DNA of 64,000 nucleotides from the NCBI GenBank assembly GCA_964234715.1, contig OZ174279.1, one strand, 5' to 3'. Position 1 is the first letter of the stretch; each line of letters opens with the position of its first letter. Shown piece after piece: positions 25,416-37,569 of the stretch. The stretch comes from Podarcis melisellensis (taxonomy: Eukaryota). The position numbers and the translations under genes are program-made. A model generated the notes under the pieces. The model saw nothing but the letters and a program-made list of their open reading frames with translations. It was not told where the DNA came from and did no database searches.

Positions 25416-27860
25416 CCCTATAGCGCATAAGAACCAATTTAAATGTGGTGTATACAGAACAGATTCTATATGTGATTATTCTCTTTTTTACTAATATTTT
25501 CAATACATGGATAGAATGAGCTGGCATCCATGCATGTATCACGATGGCTCCTCCTGAACAACTGGTAACACAAACAATGCAATAATTTAAGAGGAGCCCT
25601 GCTGGGTTTAGAGACCAAAGGTCTATCTAGTCCAGCATCCTGTTCTCACTACTGATCGCCCCCAAGCAGGGCTAGAGTTCAAAAACACTCTCCCCACTTG
25701 TGCTCCCCAGTAACAGAATTCAGAGACATCCTTCCTCTGGCAGCAAAGGGAGTACACAGCCATCAAGCCTAGCAGCCACTGAGAGCCTTATGCACTGTGA
25801 ACTTGTCCAATCTCCTTTCAAAGCCATCCAAGCTGGTGGCCATTATTACATCTTATGACATCAGATCCCATAATTTAACTATGCACTGTGTATAAGAGGG
25901 GAGGGGGGCATGGCAGAGGTGTGAATTTATATGCACCTCTATCATATTGTCCTCTTTAACACCTTTTTCCTTAACTCAAAAATTTGGAAGTGTTGTAACC
26001 TTCCCTCATAAAGGAGTTGCCCTCTTACAGCTGCTGTTTGAGTTGTGACAGCCAGAACTAGTTTGGGGTTTTTTACATTCTGCTGGTGTGGCTTTGCTTT
26101 TATATTTTGCATAATTTCTTACAGAAGGAAAACTTTTTGATACTGTCACACATTTAGGTCTTGGATACCCTCTCTTCTCCCCACACCATGTTGTCAGATT
26201 TATCAGTGTTATCTATTGTCTGTTGACTATCAATAATATTTTGTTTTAGTTTGCACATCAAATTAACTGAGATTTAAAATTATTTCCGTGCACTTTTCTC
26301 TAGTTTTGTTTTTGGTTGAGGCAAGATCATATTTCTGTTTTGTGTCGCTGCAATTGCGTCTCAACAAAAGTTATAATGCAGCTGGGCCCCAAAATGGAGA
26401 CATAGCACAATACAGACTTCTGCCTACCTGAGACCTTGCTTTTGGCTGGAGATGCCAGGGATTGAACGTGCAACTTTTGGCATGCTATGGGTTCCTCTTT
26501 TGTGCAACGTCTGTGTGGAAATTAGAATGAGCCTGTGATCCTACAATTTCCTACCTGGGAGAAAAACCCAATGACAAAGTAGACTTAAGTTCTCAGTAAT
26601 CACACACTGGGTTGGACTGCATGTTTATAACAGCTGGTGAAAATTCTGGAAGATTTAATGAACTCAAATATACTATAAAACAGCCGATACTGCAAATTTC
26701 TCTTGTAAATATTTTAGAGTCCTACTTTCCAGAATGTTAATAAGGCAACTTTAGGAGGGCAGTTGCTGATGCAATTAACAGTTCTACCCCCAAGACTCTA
26801 GGAACATTTGGTTGTCCCATGTAGCTTGCAATGCTCTGCATGAAAGACACACATGCACTTATTGCTGAAACAAACTACAGCAAATCAATTCTGACAACAA
26901 AACACCGTAGCAATACAGGTATAGACAAAATGATCCTTAAGCTTATATTTGCAAATCCAAACTCTCTGTTTTATTAACTGAAACAAACCAAAAATTTCAA
27001 GGGGAAAAGGTGGGGTGGGGGAAGAGTCTAAAAACCAAATATTCTTAGTATATGTGTATATGTGTACTGTTGTTGTAGCAGTATGGAACTCTACACAGTA
27101 AGAAAAATAACGATTTCTTGGTAGAGAATGTAGAAACCTTAGACAAATGTGATCCTTATACTATTTCAAGTTAACTTTAAAAATAGAAAGTGCTTTTAAA
27201 TATATATATTTACAGGTTACAACCTCCAACCATCACTAGTGATACTGTTTGTGTGTGGATGTGTGTGGACCATACACGTGCACACACAAACCTATACAGA
27301 CATGAAAGATCTGTACAAAGATAAATCATCATTGGTTTGTTATCCTTAACTTGGGCTTCACAGCAACGACTGGAAGCTGTCGGAGCAATGGCACCATGAA
27401 GGAAAAAAAAATCAGCTTATCTTTAACTGTTTCTTGTGATCGAGCACCAAGAGCTGTGTATAGCTAATACTGTCTAAATTGATTTTACATCATAAAAGTT
27501 GAAGTATGTTAAAATCTTTATAAAAAGCCCATTTGTAGTAAACAGACAATTCAAAGCACCAAAGTATAAATTCCAAAAGGTAATAAACTGAATAATTCAA
27601 TCAGGATTAATAACCTAGCCAAAATCATTTAACTATACATATATTTTTTTTTTTGCTTAAAATGTGCTTGAAAATCACCAGATGTTAAAATATATAAAGT
27701 CACAGTTTAAGGAAAAAAATCATTTTTTTTTACCTCAGCCTTCAAAATGGTTGAGATGAACAAAGAGTAAACCATACAAGACTTTGTTCTTTAACAGCAC
27801 CTTTAGGGATTATTGTGTAACACTGCTCCCAAAGCAAGGTTGTACAGTTGCTATAAAAAC

Positions 27861-28990
27861 TTATGCCCAATGGTTATACGGCCCGGCAACTCGAGTGAGG
27901 GCATAAGTAGACACCGTTATGATGTTATCATGAGTTACTGTTAATGCTCGGCGCGATGGAATTTGGTTGAATTCATTGTCTTCATAGAAAATCTCTCTTG
28001 AGGCACTGGCCTGGTGCACATTCCTGTCATTGGGTTGTACATTGGTATTTTCAGTGCTTGATTTTTCCGCTGCTTTCTCCTTTGCTCTCTCGGCCATCTT
28101 TGCCTCCCACAGCGCTATCCCATGTTTTGGCTCATTTAAGTTTTTGTGTTGGTAGAAGACTAACGATATCCGTGTGGGATGATTCCGGTTCGGCTTTTTA
28201 ATCGGAGTTGTGGCGTGTAGCTCACGGCGTGCACATTCAATTAAGATGGAGCCGTGTGATGGTGCTACAGCTACCCCACCTATGTCATTATCCAAAAAAT
28301 TATGCTCACTGTCGGACCACATTTCCTCTGCTTTTTCTTCGGACTCTGTGCGCTTTAAGAGCTCGCAACTTGGGTGTTTATCCGCAGTGGCAGAATCGCA
28401 ATTTGGGTTCTTGAAACCACCTTTTTGCATTGGACACTCCTGGGAAGAACCAATTTCATTTCTGACTATATCTTCTGGAGAATTTAACGGCACTGAGGAA
28501 TCACAAGAGCTAGCCAACTGTGAGGCAGGAGAGTTTTCTAACTTTATTTCACAATTTTGCTTGCTGACTACTCCTTGTTCAAGTGTGTGGGGCAAGGTAT
28601 CTCTGAAGGCTGTGGATTCTGAAACAGTGAGGTCTTGAAGAAATGGGGGCACCCCATTCCTCTTCTCATCCAGCAAAATTCCAGTATGATCGCTGATGGA
28701 CACATCAAAGATCTTACCTTTGGGTGTCACATGAGGTTTGTTACTACTGCATTGCAAATACCCGTAGGGAGTTGAAAAATCTTGTTGATTATTACTCACT
28801 GGCATTATACCACCAGCTTTGTGAGTTAATGGAGAGCAAGAATGTAAACTATCCAGCTTTAAAGGGGAGGAAGGAGCATATTGCTTTAGTACAGAGCAAT
28901 TTTTAGTAGTGTCTGAATTGTGTTTTATTGTAGAAAGGTGATCCCCACTCTCCATTTTTGTCCCAGGTTGCAATGGATTAGCTTTGCTCC
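27861..28990 (-). CDS. TET1: TET1 last exon: low-complexity insert and C-terminal part of the DSBH catalytic domain
   Basis: ctcag|GG acceptor, phase 1; [47 protein letters not shown]; Fe-binding His at 28215-28217 and 2OG-binding Arg at 28170-28172; YNHW ending and CCAR1 synteny indicate TET1. Confidence 0.97.
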
Positions 28991-29519
28991 CTGAGGAGAA
29001 AAGAACAAAATGTTTTAAATATAAAGCTGTACATTTTTCTGTAGCTGGTCAATAAAAAAAGCAAACTTAATTGTGAGAATATGAATTTCCCTACAATGGA
29101 GGCTTATCGTTTCCAGCAGAGAAGAGGCAGCTGTATCCTGGGTAAGAGTTTTAGCAGCCAGCGCTGAGCTGGAAATAGCATATGTGTGTCTTTGGGAGGC
29201 GTGGGGGAAATGTGAAGACTGGTTGGATATGGGAATCCAAAATGTGCTAAAGTACCCTGGCCTTTGACTAAAAAGGACTTCCTACTGAAGTGGCTGAAAT
29301 TTTAAAATTTCAGCTGATGAAGTGGCTTTCAAACTCCAGCAGACACAGCTCACATGCACAACAGGTATACATTCTCTAAATATCATGTGAAAAATTACTA
29401 TTAGTAGCTCTACCCAACCTAAATGCAGTACTTTTTCAGGATAGGAAATTAACAGAGTCAACACTGGTCACCTTCCGCTGAGTGCCTTCAGCAACTTACC
29501 AATATATAAATATAAATAT

Positions 29520-30390
29520 AAATATAAATCTTCCTCCTGTAGGAGTCCAAGGTGATTCACAAAATTTTAAAATACAACCACCACAAAAAACAAAGCTTCT
29601 AAAATTACATTTTAATACTAAAAAAAGATGTAGCGCAACAAGTGATACTGAAACTGTTGGACTCCAGATTCCATTTGTGTCCCCAAAGTTCAGATGAAGG
29701 TGTCTTCGGTTGACACCTAAAGTTGCCAATGCAGGTGTCAGACACACTCTTCCAGGCAGGGAAATGTACCATGGCAGTATCAAGAAACCCCTGCCTTGTG
29801 TTACCTCACAAGATGCCATATTATTGGCAGGACAATGAGCATGGCCTCCCTCAACTGTCTCAAATCATGGGTCTGCAAGGTATTGGGAGAAGAACTCCTT
29901 TAAATATGGGGCTTTGAAGCCATTCAGGGTTTTGTATATCAGTATCAGCGCCTTAAATTGGGCCCAGGAGCTCACAAGCAAGCTGGGCAGTGCTTTAAGG
30001 ATCAATTACATGTGATCCTACCTTGGTGCCCCACTTAACAATCTACCAGCTGCATTCTGCACCAGCTGTAGCTTTTGGACCATCTTCAAAGGTAGCCTAT
30101 GCAGAGGGTGTTGCAACTTTAGAACTGTGAGATTGTCAGAATACGAATTACTGATGTCAGGCTGTCGCTGATCCAGGAACATCCATGGCTGGCAAACCAG
30201 CCATAGCTGGGCACAGGCACTCCTCACCACTGAAGCCACTTGGGCCTCTAACAACAGCTTTGAATCGAGAAGAACTGCTCAAGCTGCACACCTGTTCCTT
30301 TAGACACCTGTTCCTCCACCCAGAACAGGTTGTCTCCCAAATTCCTGGATCTGAGGACAACTTACCCACATAGGACCTCCACCTTGCCAT
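29520..30390 (-). mobile_element. L2 LINE 3' fragment, decayed ORF2
   Basis: ORF 30018..30254 contains LPLKMVQKLQLVQNAAGRLL, the LQLVQNAAARL motif of the L2 ORF2 C-terminus; boundaries approximate. Confidence 0.8.
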
Positions 30391-30589
30391 GATTCAGTCC
30401 GTTTATTAAATGTACTCTTGAGATTCTGATTGCGCTAACGTTTTGCTTCATCCCACCCTCAATACCTAACTTATTAGACACACTGAGAGCTTGATTGTTG
30501 ATTTCAGATTCTGAGAGTCAGCCCGACCTTTGATAAACAGATTTCTGCCAGTATCAGGTAACTTTCGAAACAAGGTTTATCGTACCTAC

Positions 30590-30914
30590 CTAAACTTTTT
30601 GAAGCTTTATTGGTATTTTCCTGCACTCTGTTTTTTCCCTTTGCAGCAGTAGACAGCTTCTTCTCTGCTAAGGTTTGCTTCTTTGAGTCTGCTTTCTTCT
30701 TTTTCGTCGCTCTACGTGGCTCTGCTAGCATTCTTACTTCTCGTGGGAAAGCAGTAAGCACTTGGATTGCCCCAGCTTTTATCTTGGCTTCCAGACCCTC
30801 CTCTGTGCCAAATTCATCTGTCTGTGAGATTTTGTAAAGGGGCAGCACATGCAGCTGCTCATCATTGGGTATCACCCCAACCATGCGGTTATCTTCTTTT
30901 GTTAATGTACAAAC
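30590..30914 (-). CDS. TET1: TET1 exon 11 (325 nt)
   Basis: ctag|GTT...TAG|gtaggt; [36 protein letters not shown]... Confidence 0.95.
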
Positions 30915-31663
30915 CTAGCCAGAAAAATTGGGGGGGGGGATATAATAAATCATCTCTTATTTGTTAGTGAAGCAACTTTAGCAAAGGTGATATTTATGTT
31001 TTAGCATGCAGAATATTATTCTACTTAGGGTGCTTGTGTGAAAAATAAGGAAATTCCCTTCTCCTTCAAACATCAAGCCCACATGTCATGGTTTGAATAA
31101 CATTGCACAATTTTAGAAACACTAACAGCACAATCATTCACAGCTGCTTTTCACCTTTAAAAAGTTCTTCTGTCTAATGACTTTCACAAGTGGGGAACCC
31201 CTGGAGCAGATTTTGGGCAGCAGAGGAGAGAAGTTTTGTTGCACTTGCGGAAGTTGTTCTCCACATGCAATGATTTGGTTCCCTTACCTCTATCAATCCA
31301 TAAAAACTTTTAACTTTCAACCACGGCAACTTGAAGCGCCCCTTGCAAATTACTTCAGCTTTATAAAGGGGATTGCAACATATCCAAGAACTAGAGGTCT
31401 ACTTAGGGCAGGAAGCCTATTATTTGTTTTGTCTTGCATTTGTTGCAGTTCTGAATTGCTTTTAATTTATTTTATAAACGTGGCTTTTTTGGATAAACTT
31501 TGCAATAAGACTTTGTAAAGAAGAACATAAACAATTAAGAACAAAAGCAAGTCTAGAAATAAGGGTGCATTCACAGCTACAGGGTAGCAACCTAAAGAAG
31601 CCAAGTAGATAAATTGTAAATGAACAAGCACTTGGGAAACTGAATCCCAACAATGTTGCATAC

Positions 31664-31801
31664 CACAGTGCTTCCATTGTGCATGTTGTGTGTATCCTTA
31701 TGGGCATGAGCACAAAAATCGATGCAAGCTGTGACACCAGAAAAAGGTCGGCCATCCTTAATCCCAAGTCGACAGTCAGGACCCAGGTGCTCATTTTCCA
31801 C
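31664..31801 (-). CDS. TET1: TET1 exon 10 (138 nt), HxD motif
   Basis: ttaag|GTG...GTG|gtatgc; [46 protein letters not shown]; HKD at 31694-31702. Confidence 0.97.
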
Positions 31802-32329
31802 CTTAAAATAAAAAAAAATATTTATTCATTCATTAATTTTGTATACCACCCTTCATCCGAAGATCACAGGGAGGTTCACAAAATAAAAATACAAAATGAA
31901 AACACAAAATACATAATAAAACAAAAAAAAAAATTAATAACTGCCCTCCTACAAATACAAATAAATCTTACATGGACATAACATTGTATCTCACCAAACA
32001 CCACCAGCTTCAGGGACAATTTTTCATTTGAAGTGAACAACTGGACTGAAAACACATAAACCCAATTTACATGCCATGGAATACCAAAGGTCACATAAGC
32101 ATAAGATCACTCCTTTTTTGCCCCTTTCTTTAGCCATCAGGAACTAAAAACCACAATTCCTGGCTTAGCATTACTTCCAAACTAGGGGTTGTGGTTTGTT
32201 TTGCTCCAACAAAACAAAACTTGCACACTCCAAGAACGAACCTTGTGTTCACAACGTGGTTTGATTGGAGCAGAACAAACCATAACTCCCAAGGATTATG
32301 GTTTGTTGCTCTAACCCACTAGAGGAGAG

Positions 32330-32496
32330 CAGTGGCGTAGCGTGGGTTGTCAGCACCCAGGGCAAGGCAAGTAATTTGCGCCCCCTAACCCGTGGATTTT
32401 AGCAGGGGGCAGAGAGCTGCGAGTGCGAGCACCCCCTCCCCAGATGTTGCGCCCGGTGTGGCCGGCCCCCCTTGCACCCCCCACGCTACGCCACTG
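32330..32496. mobile_element. hAT-type MITE
   Basis: 17-bp TIR CAGTGGCGTAGCGTGGG, perfect 8-bp TSD GAGGAGAG. Confidence 0.92.
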
Positions 32497-33038
32497 GAGG
32501 AGAGGACTACAGTAAGAACCATTTGCACACTCAAGGTAAACCATTAACCATGGCTTACTTGTTAGTGGTTTACCATGACATGCCAACACTGTCATTGTTA
32601 TGCATTGCTAAATATGAAAGTAAATGCTTGACTTATTTGATGAGAATTGTGCTAAAAATCCTTAGATCTACAGTCTAATTAAAACAACATCTGTCAGGAT
32701 TTATTGATCTACCATACTTCATGCAATACACTGATCGGCAATGAGGATGAAGAATACAACAATTAGTTTTTTGACCCTGTTAGTAAGCAGGGGACACAGC
32801 AGCAGGAATTTGAAAGCTGTAACACCAGCAGTGCATTTCTTTCTAGAAGTCCTACAGTGTTTAATGAGACATACTCCCAGTTAAGTGTGCATAGGATCGC
32901 AGCCTAGCTGTTCTTTCAGCTAGGCCAGTTAAGGTAACGAAAGGCCTTCAACTAACTTGTGCAGCTTTTCTTTCTGCATCACCAGTATTAAAACGATGAT
33001 GTGTCATAATAGAGATAATGGAGTTTCTTTGATTTTAC

Positions 33039-33128
33039 CTGGTTTTGAAAAGCATCAGGGGCTAGTTTCTGATACAGTGGAGCAACATCAGTGGCTAAAG
33101 TTTGCAAATTGTTTTCGAGATGTTCTTC
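33039..33128 (-). CDS. TET1: TET1 exon 9 (90 nt)
   Basis: tctag|GAA...CAG|gtaaaa; [30 protein letters not shown]; not in the ORF track. Confidence 0.95.
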
Positions 33129-36100
33129 CTAGACAGGGAAAGGAGTCATCATATCATTTTATAGCTTGAGAAGCAGACTAGTAAAACTGTGAAAGCAACA
33201 TCAAACGTAGATTCAGTACGCTATTTAGTCAGCTTCCTGTGGTTTTGGTTACTAACCCACATGTAAGTTTGCTATCATAATGGCAAAACATAGAAACATT
33301 CTTGAGAGTTGCTCAAAGGAAGGGAAAAGCAGTCAGCAAATTAATTGCTTGGCACTAAAAGAAGTTCACAAAAGATCCCAAGTTCACTTTCCATTTCCAA
33401 GAGAAAGATATAATGGAGGTGTTGGATGGGAGTTCACATTGGCATTAAAATACAAACATATGTTTCTTCTTCAAATCAAGTACCATGTTTGGAAACCTGC
33501 TACATAATAATGAAAGTGTTTGTATGATGCTTTAGAGTGTTCCAAGCATTCACACACAACAGACTAGTTCACATGTCAAATTATGCCAAACCATGGCTAC
33601 ATTCCTCCCTAGTTATTTTGCTGCTGCACCATACTGACCGAAGCCACAGTGTGGCTTTGGGTGTTGTCTAAACCAGCTTCACTGTTTAGCTCTCTTCAGA
33701 CTAATAACAAGCTGTAACCAAGATTTGTTGTCTGGTTTACAATTTGTAAACCATGGACCCAGGTTCATGCTAAGCCAAACTATGACATAGCTCAACACAG
33801 CACAGAAGCAAAATAACCTGAGAAGAGCAAAGCAGCCCATGACTTCACTCTAAGCCATGGTCTGGTTTTGCAAACCAGACTATTATTTCAGTAATACTTA
33901 CAACTGTCCTGTAAAGTAGGTCATAATTATAATCATCCTAATGTTGCAGATGGGAGCAAAGTGATTCAAATTAAGAGACAGGAGCATACATTAGGCCGCC
34001 TACTAAGTTAATAGGGGAGATAAGTATGAGAACTCTCTGGGTGGATTTCAGTGATGCTTTAACACAATCATTGCAGCAGAAATTCTTGCCAGAGGGAAAG
34101 ATCTCCCCTCCCCTCTCTCCTCCCTGCACCCTGTTCTCAGGGTTTGCTCAGCACCCCCAAGCAGATTTGGGGAGGGCGTGGGAGTGCAGGGGGGGGGGGA
34201 GACAAGGAGACAGTCCTGTTGTGCTAGTGGGACTTGTGCTGCTTTCCATTAATGCAACCACTTAGCTGAATCCTGCCCTCTGGGTCACAGCCAAGGCTAT
34301 GGGGGGAGAGGGAAAGGAGAGAAGTGAAAAAGCAAACACACAAAATAAAAAAGTGTTTTATTTTAAATTAAAACATTACATTTGCTTAAAGAAAATTCAC
34401 TTAGACCTATGCTAATATGGCAAGCACATCGGTTTGACCAAACAACTATTGTTACATTTCTCTGAGCACATAGTGGATATCCTTTAGTTTCTCCTTCCCC
34501 ACCCCCCAAAAGTTTTTTGTCTACTGTCATCAGTCATTCAGCAATCCCTAAACACTGAGCATGCTTAGCTCTCACTGGAGTCTCCCTTGTTCCTTCCCTA
34601 GTTTTTTACCCTCCCTATAATTTTTTATACTTTGGCAAATCTCAACTTGCAGACTTCTCCAAAACCTTGTTGTGCCATTCTGGCTACATTAATCTATGGC
34701 CTGGACACTGAAAACAGAAGGCATGATGATGAATGGCGAGTGCCTTCTCGGTCTTAACTGAACAGTACAGAATACTCATTGCAATCACATTCTCCCAAGT
34801 TGATACACTTTTATGACTTTATTTAGGTTTTGCTAGTCTTGTAGTGGCTCAGTAGTTGAAGCAACATACTTATTTGCAAGACGCTCAGCATGACACTCTG
34901 ATCCAGTGCGATGGCAATCTCACTCTCTTCTGTGAGATGGGGGAAACCACGCATATACCCCAAGGGATTCCTCTTTGCATCCGTGGATTATTCCCAGATA
35001 ACACTCCTTGTGTACATGACACCCTCCCTGATCTCCCAAAGATTCCAGGGGATGCCCATGTTGCACAAGCATTAAGACGGCATCTGATGAAGTAAGACTA
35101 ATCCAGGAAAGCTCAAGCCATAATAAGGGTGTTAATGTTTAAAAATGCTTCAAGCCTCTTTGCTGTTTTTGTTGTTGTTACAGCAAAAAACAGACTGAAG
35201 AAATCTGGTCGCTCTTAAAGGCATGCACAATATCATGAACTCCCACACACAAAAATGTTGCTATCTACCCAATATTTCTCTCTGACTGCATTCTAGCCGA
35301 CAGAGATATCTGGCTTTATAAATCTATGCTACATGCTATTCTTACCTAAAAGAACAATCTTACACTTCTTTACATTAAACCTCATCTCACTCCGTCCAGT
35401 TGCTCAAATGATCCATATCTGTCTGTACTTTGAATCTATCTTCTTCTGCTTTTGCATTGCTATACTTCCTAGATTTATGTCATCTGCAAAATGATCAATA
35501 TTCAGTATTTAGCTAAAATAACACCTAATAAAAACAGTGACAGAAACAGAAAACAGGTAAGTGATCCATCTTTTTCATCCTTAACATAAGAACTATATGA
35601 TTTAGCACTTGCTTCAGCAGCACATAAGTATATGAAAATGCCTCATCCCACACCAGCCTGCTTGTTGATTAAGAATTGCACAGGAGGCCCTATTGTGGCC
35701 CTCTTACCAAAGGTAATTCACAGTGCAGGGACACAGGGGAGGATTTTCTTTGTGATAGCCCCAAAACTTGTAACAGTCTCTTCTCTGAGGTGCATTATTC
35801 CCCTACATGGTTTTCATTTAGATGACTGGCAAAAACACACCTGCAGACCCATGATTTTGGAAGAGATGAATAACTAGCACAAGGAGAAGGTTTTCACTGT
35901 ACTTTCAACTTTTCCCTGTCATTATTGTATTTTACAATGGGTTTCAGTTTGTTTATAGCTAAATATGGCTTTAATGATTTTTTTAATGTTGAATGCTTTC
36001 AGTGTTTACTGTGTGCCACTCTGGGGCACTCAGATACAGGAAACTACTGGAAAATTTGAAAATAAACCAAAACCACTATCAGCATGCCCCCTATGCAAGC

Positions 36101-36605
36101 ATGAAGTATTCCAACTTTTTTAAAAATTGGGACTATGGGAAATAAAAACTAATCAGTGGCTAAAATAACTGTTATTTAAACTGACACCTTGAATATGTCT
36201 GAGGATGTTCAATTTCTGTCTGGGAGGGCACATACATAAACTACAGTCAGCTATGGGCTATTGGAGGCATGAAAGGATGGCATTGGTGAAGGAGCCAGCA
36301 AGTTAACTGCAAACAAAAGGGTAAATAAAATGTCAAGAAAGACCTTGGTAAACCAATAATGTATGAGTGCTTTGGCACAAACAGCACTGTCGTGGTGCTC
36401 AGTCTTCACACAGAATCTATGTAGTAGGGATAGAGAGGGGGAAATGAGGAGATCGCATTAGGTATCATGCTGCCTTGAATGCTTATAAATGTATATGCCC
36501 AAGTGATCCAATTAGCAAAAAAAAAAAACCCTGCACCCTTTTTGCTTTTAGTCCCTAAAAAGTAAAATTAGAAATTATTTTGAGAAAGGCAGGAAGGACA
36601 CTTAC

Positions 36606-36756
36606 TTGTTTGTGATCATCAGTGAGAAGTCTAAATTTCCTGGGGGCTTTGCTTCTGGCAAACTTACAGCCATTATAATACATACTCCATGAACAGCCAA
36701 ATGAGAAGGATGCTCCACATGTCTCTGGATCAAGGCCTTGACAGGCGCAGGTACGA
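36606..36756 (-). CDS. TET1: TET1 exon 8 (151 nt), Cys-rich domain
   Basis: ccacag|T...CAA|gtaagt; [50 protein letters not shown]. Confidence 0.97.
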
Positions 36757-37360
36757 CTGTGGAAGATTTAAACAAGTGGCAATCAGCCAGCAGTGCAGCA
36801 AACTTCTATAAATGCATACCCCAAACATCTCTGAACAGAACAATGGAAAAACACACATGTCATAGTTCATCAGCGGTTTTTGATAATGACCGATTTGGGT
36901 ATAAATGTTACTTTTCTATTACTGTGTATAAGAGATTTCCTAGTCAACTGACCTTCTAATGGGATATACTAAGTTTATAATTTAAGCTATTTAGAGAAAG
37001 ATATCATGCTTGATAGGTTTGGTTGTGATTCCTTCACAGCATCAGAAGCAGCATAACAAGATGTGGCTCAAGTAAATTAAAATGAAGGGAAACACCTGTC
37101 TTCATGTAATTTCTTTTTTTGCCAGAGATGGAAACAGGAGGAGCAGAAAGCTCATTTTGGTCCTCCCACACTATACTCAAATTGGCAATTAAACGTTGGC
37201 TACATCCTACTCAACTACAAAATGACACTTTTTCAAGTTTTATGTACTAGGGCTATAATCTGAAATCTTAAGAAGACTAATTACAAGTCACAGAAGTAAA
37301 TTATGTGGGAGAATTAAAACTTTCATGCATCAAAATATCAGTGTTCTGGAGTGCACTCAC

Positions 37361-37569
37361 TCTTCGTTTAGTGCACATCTTCGGCTAGTTGGACAGCCAT
37401 ATTTTCTGAGGCTCTGGGTCAGTTCCTTGTATAGAGTGTCAGCCAGAAGATGAGGAATCCCCTCCCAAGCCAAAATAAGTATCACAATGACGGCATTTTG
37501 GCAGTGATGTCCTGCACGCTGTCGAACCAAGCAGAGCAGTTTTTCTTCATCGCTACTTCTTCGTATCAC
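37361..37569 (-). CDS. TET1: TET1 exon 7 (209 nt), Cys-rich domain
   Basis: tttcag|GTG...GA|gtgagt; [39 protein letters not shown]...[13 protein letters not shown]. Confidence 0.97.

Larger units (their letters stand above)
16260..27860 (-). other. TET1: Putative long TET1 3'UTR
   Basis: AT-rich stretch downstream of the stop, with miR-29 and miR-26 seed matches and Pumilio elements; other AATAAA signals at 26970-26975, 21203-21208 and 21155-21160. Confidence 0.55.

Noticed and set aside
27998-28906. Plus-strand ORFs (for example 28210..28638), and likewise 30610..30967 and 50178..50999
   Set aside because: Antisense shadows of TET1 exons
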